64,000 nt of DNA, taken from the NCBI RefSeq assembly GCF_009914755.1, contig NC_060932.1, one strand, 5' to 3'. Shown piece after piece: positions 52,124 through 64,000 of the stretch (positions are counted from its first letter, which is position 1; each line of letters opens with the position of its first letter). A program made the position numbers and the translations under genes. The notes under the pieces are model-generated. The model worked only from the letters and a program-made list of their open reading frames with translations, made no database searches and was not told where the DNA came from. This stretch comes from the human T2T-CHM13v2.0 reference genome, Homo sapiens.

Positions 52124-54308
52124 TCAACTTCCGGCCTCCAAGGAATTCCCTTCGTTTCCTGACAATCAACTATTTAAGAAATATTTTAAATCCAGAATTC
52201 ACAGAAATGCACTGGTGCGAAGAGGCTACTGAGCCCCTGGAACTCTCTTTCCTGGCTAGTTATCTTACTGTTTTTACCACCTCATTGAGCTGTGGTCATC
52301 CAAATAGGAGAGACTCTGAAAAGTACCTTGCTCCAAGTGTCTTTTTCTACTGGTTCCTGAGGACAGGCCATTGGTCCTCACCTAGACAGGCAATGTTCTC
52401 TTGCCAGAACACTCTTTGGGATCTTACTGCAAGAGTAGCTGCAATGACCCCGAGTGACTTGCACCAGAATTTTACCTGCTTTGGTGGACACACATGAAAG
52501 GTCTCCTCCTGGCACTTCCTTCACCAGTTCCATAGCCACAAACTGTTCTGGAGCCTAGGGCCAGCATTCCATAGCCCAAGGGGCACTTGTGATTTTCCAG
52601 AGTCAAGGACTCACACATCACTGAAACTGCCTCAATTCTTATCAGCGATGTCCAGAACCATGATCGTTTCCTGCCACCAACTCAGACAGGGTATTTTTCT
52701 ATTTCAGCTCAGATGGCAAGTATTTTCTTCCTTGTAAAGGTTTAGCATCTTCACAGTATAGGCACTGATGTTTTATCATGAATAAATCTTTTGTAAGTAC
52801 CACTGGCTGGGTTCTTCTGTTCAATCCTGAAGCCACAGGAGGTGATAAGCCCTCCTTTCCAGTTCAGGACTGCGTCCTGCTCTTTCCGACTCTTATTTGT
52901 GACTGCACTCTTTGTCTACCCCTGTTGCTCATGGGCTGTTGGGAAGTAAACACAGTGATGAAACTGGAAGCAGATTTATCTAGGAAATCCGTAAGCCCCT
53001 AACAAACATTTACCACTGGGATTCACATATTGGCTGAGTCTTTGCAGCGTTTCCCCAAGGGGTTGAAGTGGAATCTTCCTGGGGCTGCTATGTAGACTCA
53101 GTTGTGTTTTGGAGAATAGCGAGGAAGAGTCACCTTCTACCTGGAAGTCAGGAGGCCTACAGGGCTGGACACTCTCTCTTTCTCCAATGTGACCTAATAA
53201 GCACTGATGGAAGGATAAAGTGCCTGGGCATGTGTCTGAGAGTAGAACTGAAATTCACTGTGAAGAAAAAGAAAAGAGGAATCAAATGAATATTTAATTC
53301 AAGAGAGGATGCCTTAACAGAGGCCTTAACTGTAGTCAATGAAGGATCCCCTTACTGACTTGTTAGGGGTTCTCAGGGTAACAACAGAAGATTGCAAAGA
53401 GGAAAAAAGCAGCCAGCTTTGGAAGACAAGGCCTTTCAGATGCAGTCCCTTCGTCCAGTGTGCAGAGCGCTGTCCTCATCCCTGTCCTCCTGAACCAGCA
53501 TGTGTGGCCTGTTTCCCATCACAGAGTGAGTGAGTCATGTGTGAGCCGAGGAAGGCGGATTCTTTCTAATATGCCATAGGCTTCACATCACCCTCATTTG
53601 AAAAGCAGTTGCATCCAATAAGCTGATGTCTATAACCAGAATCCCAAATGATTGAGTTACAGTAGTAAGAACAGTCACTTTTCAGGGGACACCAAATTAC
53701 AATGAGGCTGAAATTGTATCCGTTTACAGTCAGAAATATAGTTGTTCCAGAAACTACACCTGTTAGTAAAACTGCATGTGGAGTCAAATCAAAATAAAAA
53801 TGTCTTGAGAGCTTAGAACCAGAGGAGAGAAGTTCATCAATAGGATGGCCCATTCGGTGGCTCAGGCGACCACAATCTGATCACTGTCACATGTTAAGCT
53901 TAATCAGGCCAGTGCCCTGGGGAATACGGAGAATCTATTGACCTCAGCTCCTGGCACCCATTTCCACGTTAGGATGTCCTTGCCATTGGGAGGGGATACT
54001 CTTTTGGCCGAGAATCCTCTGTCCCATTCACGGGACTGGCAGTGCCACTGCTGGATTTAAGGGATCTGCTTCCTCTGTGACTGATTTTCTTCAGATCCAT
54101 ATAATCCTTCTTTTGATTTGTTCAGGCCTCCACTAGAGTTATAACAGTCATTAGCCTATCATCATTAGGGAATTCTCTTAAGCCTAACACTGTCTCTCTA
54201 TAACTCCTTCCCACCAGTCGCCCACGTCCTGCTCTGCGTGGATACATGGAAAAAATCTACACCATTTTCCACAAGGCATCTTATCAAGAATTCAAGTCTT
54301 GCTATCAA

Positions 54309-54470
54309 CAGGGTTGCCACATACAATTGTGTAAGTTGTGCACTGAACAAGGGAATATGGCTGTGCAGAGTAGTGTGAGTGGGAAACCTGGTATGGGGCT
54401 TCCCCTACTTGTGGAGAGCGGCTTTTCTCTTTTTTTGCGCAAAGGCTATACATTAACTAGCAAAGGGCAT
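54309..54470 (+). mobile_element. MER91A-like hAT MITE
   Basis: cagggttgccacatacaattgtgtaagttgtgcactgaacaaggg. Confidence 0.65.
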
Positions 54471-54589
54471 GGCTATTATGGTACTCCAATCTCAATATTT
54501 TTGGATCTGATAACTATTTTTCAACACCTATGATGTGCTGAAATTTTTCTGTGATGTTATCCTCTTAAGAAACTTCAATTTTACCAATG

Positions 54590-54990
54590 TAGTACCTAAA
54601 TGTGCGTGACATCCAGAATTGGCTACAATCTACCAGAAATCAATGATATGCTCACATTCCCTTGATCCATAAATTACTACCCATTAGTAAAAGTTCCAGT
54701 AACTTTTTTGAGCAGCCTTATCACACTGTTGGCCCACGCTGAGCTTGCAGTCCACGAAAACCTCAGGTTGTTTTTTTCTTGAAAAGTGGTGTTCGCTTCA
54801 AGTCTTCTGAATCTGATGCCAAATATGAACCATGCATTAATTGCTGTTAAAACCAAGTAGGTTTATTTTAGTCATTAATGCTGCTGATTGAGGACTTACA
54901 AGTAGCTTGAGGTTATCCATCAGTGTGTACTGTTCTCTGCTGCCTTGGCATCATTCACCAGGTAGATATCCTGTTTTCTACAGTTTTAAA
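54590..54990 (-). mobile_element. L3/CR1 fragment
   Basis: ttttgagcagccttatcacactgttggcccacgctgagcttgcagtccacgaaaacc. Confidence 0.6.
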
Positions 54991-57285
54991 AACAGCAAGA
55001 AAGCACGGAAGGAGAAGGAAAAGCAATATTTTACTGAATCTACTCTCTTCCAGACACTGTACTTTTACATACATCATTCTTCTAAATCCTTATGGTAACC
55101 CATGCAGATATGCATTAGTACCATTAAGCTCAGAGACACCAACTTGCTCAAAATTGTACAGCTAATAAGTTGCAAAGCCAAGATTCAGACCCAATCCCAT
55201 TTATCTTAAATAACAACTTGTTTCATCTTTCAACTTGAAGCCCCTGAAGTCATTCTGTATAATGCCTCACCAACAGGATGAGAGCTCTCTGGCATAATCT
55301 AGTGTTCTTGGTCAGGGAATGTTTAATGTCACTAGGATCAGGAAGCCCCAAATTGGATTTCCATAACAGGAGATGCTCACCAGCTCAAGAAAAAGATGGG
55401 CCCCCAAACTTTAGAACACACAACTTAAGGTTTGCCAATGTCAGTATATCCCCCTGATGCCTATTTTGAGTTCAACTTTATCCTTTTCTCTATAATTGTT
55501 ATAGCTGAACTCATGCCAGTATTTATCTATGCTCTCTCTTTGAGGAACTCAGCCAGAGAAAGCTGTAGACAAAATGTTTTCTTTTTTTATTTTTTGCCTT
55601 ATCCCGTTCCCTTGTGAGCAATTCAGAATAAAATAGAATATGAGGGAACTTCAAAAAGTTTGTGGAAAAGTGGAATTAAAAGATAAAACTGAAAATATAA
55701 ACTATTTTTCAACACAATCTCTATCAAGTTCAAGACGCTTTTTTTTGTAAGCGATGCTATCAGCTATTTAGCCCATTCCTAGAGAATTGAGGCTCCTGGG
55801 AATTTAATCATGTCAGTACAGTCTTTTTTACATTATTAATTATTATTAACAATGTAACTATTATTAATAATGTAATTATTTTACATTATTAAGAAAACCC
55901 GGTATGCTTTACACACTTCTTCTAATTTTAGGAAACAAAAAGAAGTCAGAAAGAGCCAAATCAGGACTATATGGAAGATGACTAATGATTTCCCATCAAA
56001 GCTCTCACAATTTTCTCTATTTGATGAAAGGAATCAGCAGAAGCATTGTTACAGTGGAGAAGGACTCTCTGGTGGAGCTTCCCAGAGGGTTTTCTGTGAA
56101 AGCTTTGGCTAACTTTTTCAAAGCACTCTCTTTCTAAGCAGATGTTGTTACTCTTTGGCCCTTCAGAAAGTCAATGAGCAAAGTGCCTGAGTATCCCAAG
56201 AAACTGGTCCACTTTTGCTTTGACTGGACCATTCCACCTCTTGGTAGCCATTGCTTTGATTGTGCTTTCTTTTCAGGATAGTACTGGTACAGCCATGTTT
56301 TATCCCCTGTCACAATTCTTTGAAGAAATGCTTCACAGTCTTGATCCCACGTGTTTAAAATTTCCATTGAAAGCTCTGCTTTTCTTGGCAACTGACATGG
56401 GCACAATGACGTTGGCACTCATCAAGTGGAAAGCTTGCTCAACCTTAATTTTCCAGTCAGAATTGTGTAAGCTGAACCAACTGAGGTGTCTATGGTGTTG
56501 GCTATTGTTTGTGCTGTTAATTATCGGTCTTTTTTAATTAGGGCATGAATAAGATGAATTTTTTCCTTGCAAATAGATGAGGATGGTCTGCTGCTGCTGG
56601 CATCATCTTCAATATCATCTCTTCTTAAAATGAGTTACTCATTTGTAAACTGCTGATTTCTTTTGAGATTTGCCCCTAGAAACTTTTCATAAAGCATCAG
56701 TGATTGCACCATTCTTTTACCCAAGCTTCACCATAAATTTGAGGTTTGTTCTTGCTTCAATTTTAGCAAAATTCATGTTGCTTTGATAGAGGTTCTTTTC
56801 AAACTGATATTTTCTCCTCCTTGGTGCCTCAAACTAGATCCTGTTCAGACACGTTATAACAAGTTAGTATGAGTTTGGGTGCCAAAATTTTTTTAAATCC
56901 ATGCATAGTGTTTTGTTGTTGTTGTTTTAAGTGGTCAGGAGGTACCTATATTTGGATCAGACACGTGAGTCAGACCAGTATGGCTTGTGAGCAACATGGG
57001 TGAAAATAGAGGGAACTGACCGGGACCTATTGTCTAACATCATTTTAAGGTCAGACTTGAGTACAAACTTAGAGAAAGCTGATGGAATGCCAAGCACCAA
57101 CGTGAAGAGACCCTATATGCACAAGGTGGCTATGTTATGCCCAGCTGCTGCCATCTTCCCTTCTTCTGAGAACAAGATGGGAATGATTGAACTATATTAG
57201 AAGGATGAAGTTAGCCACTAGGGAGCACACTTCTAGATCAGGCTTGAGATACTAGACTTCAGATAAAGGGACTTATGTCAGGTAG

Positions 57286-57640
<355 letters not shown>

Positions 57641-58192
57641 TAACTTCAAACAAACAAACAAACCAAAAAAACCCTTCTCCTAGGATGATCTGTTCGCAAC
57701 AGAAACAAAAACATTTTCCAGTTTAACCCATTTCTGACTGAAAGTCATTGTAGGGCTGAACCTTAAGGAAAACTAAGTTTAAACTTCCTTTGCATAGTAT
57801 TTTGTCTTTTTTCCTTGGGTTAGAGGTGAGGACAAGAAAACATGACATAGTTTTGAATTAATACGAAAGAGGCAAAATTTGACATTTTAAATGGCCCCAA
57901 ACATCCCACTGTTCATTTTGCTGACAGGTGATATACTCTAGAGAATCAGGAGTAGAGGGTTTAATCATAATAAGCATATATGCTGTGGGGTCAGGTGACT
58001 CATGAACATGTCAAGCAGGCCAAGTTCTTTAGCAGTTTCTGGTTTGGTCCTGCTTTTAGTAATGGTGCAGTGGAACTTAGGCACATAGTCAAGTATTTGG
58101 TACCACTTCCCTATAACCCAGCCCACACCTCTTTGCCCACTCTGAAGCCGGTCAGTATGTTCATCCCAGTGCACTTAGAAGGTGAAGGTTTG

Positions 58193-58503
58193 GGCTGGGC
58201 CCAGGGGCTCACGTCTGTAATCCCAGCACTTAGGAAGACTGAGGTGGGCGGATCACTTGAGCCTAGGCATTCGAGACCAACCTGGGCAACATGGTGAAAC
58301 CCCGTCTCCACAAAACAAAAACAAAAACTAAAAAAAATGAGCCATGTGTGGTGGTGTATGTCTGCAGTCGCAGCTACTTGGGAGGCTAGGGAAGATCGTT
58401 TGAGCCCAGAAGGCGGAGGTTGCAGTGGGCCGAGATCATGCCACTGCCTTTCACTCCAGCCTTGGTAACAGAGTGAGACAGTCTGAAAAAAAAAAAAAAA
58501 AAA
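58193..58503 (+). mobile_element. Alu (AluJ-like) inside the retrocopy 3' UTR
   Basis: gatcacttgagcctagg, ctgggcaac, gatcgtttgagcccag. Confidence 0.92.
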
Positions 58504-60249
58504 GGTGAGTTTTTGACGTGGTTTCTGACACCATCTTGCTCTTGTGCATTGCTGCCAGTGTTTCAAATGCTGATGAAGATGTGGGTTCTGAGCAGTGTTC
58601 CCTGTATTGTATCCAACAAACAACTGCCCTGCAGGCATTTCTACCCTGGGCCAATGGTTGTTTCTCTTATTTCTTTTTTCTTTTCTCCTCATACTTGTAG
58701 TAGGGGCTCTGCAACATGAAAATTAAAAGTACGAATGGGATGAGTAAGTAGGGGGCATAGACAGATACAGGGGTTAACCGTTCATGCAGAGTCTCAGGTC
58801 TTTATCCTTTGAAACCACTGGCTTTGGAGAAATCCTCCAACAGAAATGTGGAGAGTAGTGGAATTAAAGTTATCATGGTGTGAACTGAGTAGATGATTTG
58901 CAGGGGTTCGAATCCAGTTGCAGCTTCCTTTGAGGAAGGCATAGGTTGCAATGGGAAAGAAAGGCACCTGAAACATAAGCTCGCAAAACAGAAAGGACTT
59001 AAACCAAACTGGTGGCTCCTGTAGCAGCGGGCCTTTGAACCCCTTAGCATAGCACTTCAGCAGATTTCTAAACTGTACTGGGTAGAGTTCGCACGGCAGC
59101 ACCGCCTACAGGTCCATGAACAGGATGATGGGGTTGTGGCTGAGGAAGTAGAGGCCCAGCAGCCACTCCATGCAGTGGCATTGTCTGGCGGTCGGGCCTG
59201 GACCTGCCGATATGAGAAGAGATAGTGTTTTCTTAATACACATTTTTTATGAAGTTTTTGAGAACCCCTCATATTTGAGTTGGAATCCTGGAGATCATTT
59301 AGTCCAGTTCTATCATTTTAGAGATGAGGATGCTAAAACCCAAGAAGTTAAGCAACTCTTTAGCCTGCACCATAGCTTACTAGAGGGTTCTTGTCCCTTA
59401 ATTTTTAGCCAGGAAAACCTCCCATCACAGCACACTGCCTCTCTTTTTATCTCAAAATGACAGTGAATTTTCTAAATCAGGCTATAAATAAGAACATCTC
59501 TTTCACTTCTAACCATCTCTGGTAAACAGTGACTGCTTTGCCCCTAACTGGCAATCTAGAGTGTTTTCAGGGGCCTGGTTTTTATCCAGGCTGCAGTCCA
59601 GGCCCAGGCCCAGGCCCACCCCTGCCTTCCTCTCTGTGCCTGTGGTCCTCCATCCCTTTTTCTCACCTGGCCCTTGTGCAGTACTCCATGCATGACAGCA
59701 ATCAATAACCTCCTTATTAATTAAATGACACTTTATAAAAGCTCTCCTCCAGGGGCTTTGAGAAAGCCAGCTTTGGCTAGCTGTAAAGTTTTCAGTAATC
59801 ATTTAAGAAAAAAAAGTTATTCATCATCTTTATGGCAGATCACAGCCGCCACATTCTCCCCAGGAGTTCAATCCATCAAGCTCCTCAATGCAAGAATGGC
59901 TAACAAGGTCCCTGTCACTTTGGGTGAAATATACAAGCCTCACCAGAGGCTCCTGACTTCCACCAGGATCAAAGTTTGTAGGCACTGCTCCAGCCCAGCG
60001 TCCTCCACCCGAGAAGCCAGCAAGACAGCCTTGCCTTCCTTCCTATCTTTATTTGTAGAATACAGGTGGAAAAGAAGGAATCCTTCAAAGTTTTGTTCTT
60101 TCATGAAAATGGGTTCCTGTGGGCAAGAAATCTGCCATTATGCACCTAACCTTTTATATCTGAGATTTTCAAGAGAAAATGGTTTGACTATGGTAATAGG
60201 TCGGCTCTTTGAGATTTCCAACTCTCTTGTGCACATTCCACATTAATAA

Positions 60250-60480
60250 CAACTGTCATAACTGCTAGCTATATAATATTTTGCAAAGTGATTTCAATGA
60301 TGCTATCTCACTTGATCCTCACCTCAACCTTATAAAATAGACAAAGAAGGGGTCATTGACATTCTCATTTTGCAGATGAGTAAACTGAAGCATATGCATG
60401 GTCACTTGGGTTCTGGTGGCATTGTAGGGTTTGAGCGCAGATTTGGCTTCAAATTCCATGTGTCGCAAACTATTATATCA
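60250..60480 (-). mobile_element. MIR
   Basis: atctcacttgatcctcac...attctcattttgcagatgagtaaactgaag. Confidence 0.7.
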
Positions 60481-60609
60481 CCTTGCCTTCTGTCCTCACC
60501 TCCCTTTCTGCTTTGTGTGTAGCACAATTGCATTTTGAATTAAGTTGTTTTTTGTAGTCCTTTCTGTTTGCCTGTATCAAATGTTACCGGAAATAAAATG
60601 CTCAAGCAC

Positions 60610-60958
<349 letters not shown>

Positions 60959-62098
60959 TCAACTCAGAGTGGACAGAAGACTTCATGTTGTTCCAGCTCC
61001 TATGCTGAAAGCCTCAGACCGTGTGGGGTCCACTCCCCTGAGCTCTGGGGCTACTGTGAACAAGCCTGAGCTTTTCTCTGACCACTGGTGTTTGGGCAGG
61101 GGTGAGTCACATCATCTGAGGAGCAGCTCATGCTGTCTGTTTCTCCAACAACTGAAAAGAGATTGGAGAATATGTTAACAGAATCCAGGTCACATCTAGA
61201 AGTTGTATGTGCACATGAGCTCATGTGCATGTATCTGTAATGAGTCAATAGGACAAATCCAATTTCAATTTACACCCAGTACCTGCACTGTGTTGAGTGT
61301 TTTCACATGGGTTGTTTTTATTGAATTTGAATCCCTTGAAGTGAAGACTATCGTCTTCATTTTTTCAGACAAATAATTGAAACTCAGAGAGGCTGTGACT
61401 CGACATTTGACGGTGACATACTTCCTTTTCCCCCTCTCCCACCATAGAGTCCAGGGGATCATGGGTCACACTGCTTCCTCCTGGATGGATGTTTTATCAG
61501 CATGTCCCTGTGAGCTGTAGCCTGATTCTTTTCTTATTACCATCAAGTCTAGTCCTGACCAACAGGACCCAGGCCATTGAAATAGTATGTTCGCTCTTTG
61601 CTCAGGAATGGGAATGGGAAGAAGGCTACGGTTTTGCCCTGAGTGAGAGCCTTGGCTTTTCCTTCCACGGATTTGGCTGCAGATCCAGAGAGATGGGAGC
61701 AGGAGGCTTCTGAGTGAGTATCGGTGATTTTCTGCTCTTCTTCTGCTTGTTTTTTGATATGCTGAGCCACCGTGACTGATTTACCAGCTACCCCAGGGCT
61801 GAAAGCTGATGTTAGAATTCCCTACAATGGAAATGGTTTCTGCAGGCAAAAGTGGAGAAACATTAACTCATAAGAACAGGTGTTTGTTTAGAATGGTGGT
61901 TACTAGAGCCTGATGTGTTCCCTTGTATGTCCTCCTGTGGTGGACAGGTGTCCATCTGTGTGGTGTCCTCCTGTGTGGAGGTGGTGGGCAGAGAAGAAAA
62001 GGACCCAAGTGAGGTTAGAGAGAAACAAAGTAAGAACAAAAAAAAAAAAAAAAAGAAAGAAAGAAAAGGAAATAGAGACTTGTAGGAGGGAACATAAT

Positions 62099-62290
62099 TT
62101 TTTTTTAAATTTTATTATTATTATACTTTAAGTTTTAGGGTACATGTGCACAGCGTGCAGATTCGTTACATATGTATACATGTGCCATGTTGGTGTGCTG
62201 CACCCATTAACTTGTTATTTAGGATTAGGTATATCTCCTAATGCTATCCCTCCCCCCTCCCCCCACCCCACATCAGTCCCCAGTGTGTGA
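62099..62290 (-). mobile_element. 5'-truncated L1PA 3' end (about 190 bp)
   Basis: ttattatactttaagttttagggtacatgtgcac...; degenerate TSD gaacata(c)aattttttt. Confidence 0.93.
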
Positions 62291-62503
62291 AGAACATACA
62301 ATTTTTTTTCAGCTGTCCAGTTTCCATCCCCTTTGAGTTCTTTTCCTCCTACAGATGGCCCATGGCTGTAACTACTACCAAATTCACAGAGGTACACTAG
62401 TGCCCAGCTCTCACTGTCTTGAGCAATCCTGAAGAATTACAAAATCCCTTCCCTCTCAGCTCAGCTGGAATTGGTGAAACTCTCAAAAGAGCATTAGATT
62501 AGG

Positions 62504-62582
62504 TAGATAGATAGACAGACAGACAGACAGATTAGATAGATGATAGATAGATGATAGATAGATAGATAGATAGATAGATAGA
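62504..62582. repeat. Compound (GATA)n/(GACA)n tetranucleotide STR
   Basis: Read directly. Confidence 0.95.
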
Positions 62583-62824
62583 AACAGTCAGTGTCTACAG
62601 ATACATAAAAATGAGCAAGTTGATGAGGTCCTGGTGCTTCAGTCTAATTTAACTAAAGACTAGCCACAGTAAAGAATGCAGACTACACAAGCCCAGCTAC
62701 TTAGAAACTTCCAATAGCTCCCCCTTTCCAAATCTTTCATATTTTTCCATCCCGCTTTGTCCTTGGCACATTCACCCTTCCTAGGGGAGAGGAACATTTT
62801 GAATGCTTACTATGTGAAACCACT

Positions 62825-63330
62825 TGTATTCATCAGACATCTTCTTGTTATAAGTGAAATACTAACTCAAAATAGCTCAGAAGCAAAAAAGATAAACATT
62901 GATCCTTCAACTAAAGCTTGAAAAGGCAGGAGAGATTGCAGCCTCCTGGCTCTGCATCTGTCCTCGCACCTGAGTCCAGGTTGGGGCTCATTCTCTTGGG
63001 TTCCTTTGCAGGGAGAGCTGAAGCCACCAACTGTTCTGGAAGCCCTGGTTTTAGGAGTGGTAAACAAAGAGAAAAGGAGATAGGTTGTCAGCCCAGCTTC
63101 AGAATGAAGATCTTGGGGAAGGACTCCAAGAGGCTGGACATGGACAATGTGCTTTATCCTCGACCAGCATCACAGCCAAAGACCAGGATGAGTCAAGTAT
63201 GTGGGTCCCCGCCCTGGTCTGCAGCTGAGGGAATGGGGTGTTGGGTGGGCAACTTTGCAAGCAATAATAATGAGAGTGGAGGTGGATTTATACACAGGAG
63301 GAATTGGGGGTAATAGCACTCAGAAAAACG
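62825..63330 (-). mobile_element. MLT1J/K-like LTR
   Basis: ttgttataagtgaaatactaactcaaaatagctcagaagcaaaaaag...ggaaggactcc. Confidence 0.55.
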
Positions 63331-63429
63331 GGAACATGAGCCCCACAAACGTGAAACAATGGATGTTCACTGAAGTATTGGAATGCATCATTTCATGTAA
63401 TCCTCAGGCCAACACTAACATTTAACAAG

Positions 63430-63525
63430 CTCAGTGAGGCGGGGCTCTGGGTGTGTTTCACATTGTATCCATGGTAGCTGGAATAGTACCTGGCTCATAG
63501 CAGATCCTCAAATATGTACTGAGTG
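63430..63525 (+). mobile_element. L2 3' end
   Basis: cattgtatcc...aatagtacctggctcatagcagatcctcaaatatgtactgagtgaa. Confidence 0.65.
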
Positions 63526-64000
63526 AAAGTGAGCTTCCTGCTATTACGAAGCCCATTTTATGAGGCTTCGCAGGGTGAAAGAACGGGCAGAAGGAGAGTA
63601 TTTGACCTCAGGGCTGTCTGGCCTGCTTCTCCCTCCTTGCACCCCATGGAATTGTCCCCTGCCGGGCAGTGCCATGGGCTCTCTGATCATCACAGGTTTG
63701 CATTTTGCAGCCAGATCCAGGCTCCACACGAGGGCCTGTCCAATAGAGCCCTTCCTTGTCTCTGAGAAAGCAAGAAAGAAAAGTGCAGCAGACGAGACCA
63801 GCTGAGGTGCAAGGCAGGCCGGGCAGGAGATGGAGGATGGGGAAAAAAATTAGAACCAACCCTGTGGAAACCTGCCCTGGTCTCCTGAGCAGGTGCCAGG
63901 CAGGCCAGGGCATGGCATCTGGGGCCCCTGTTGGATTTAGAAGTAGTCCAGGTAGCTGTCAGGATCCAAGTGACACAGGGAGGAGGATGGGACAGCTGGT

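Noticed and set aside
58111-58692. 193-aa ORF
   Set aside because: Out-of-frame read of the pseudogene end plus an antisense Alu.
59725-60246. 173-aa ORF in unique sequence
   Set aside because: No recognisable domain or exon context; chance length is plausible.

Overview
Primate (almost certainly human: AluY, AluS, AluJ, L1PA, THE1, Hsmar2) genomic DNA with no recognisable intact protein-coding exon. It is dominated by interspersed repeats. Three things stand out. (1) An extremely decayed but nearly full-length Ty3/Gypsy (Sushi/chromovirus-like) LTR-retrotransposon fossil lies at about 3650-9135 (+). It is visible only by reading through stops and frameshifts, with motifs in canonical order gag capsid, Zn knuckle, RT, (RNase H), integrase, chromodomain, polypurine tract, and it is interrupted by younger L2/MIR and MST insertions. 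(2) A processed TMEM97 pseudogene with its 3' UTR is inserted, with a 10-bp target-site duplication (TSD), inside a full-length Hsmar2 mariner. (3) An 85-nt near-perfect hairpin lies at 29513-29597. Repeat family names were assigned by eye from remembered consensus sequences. Boundaries of old repeats (MIR/L2/L3/L1M) are approximate; boundaries with a TSD were read directly.
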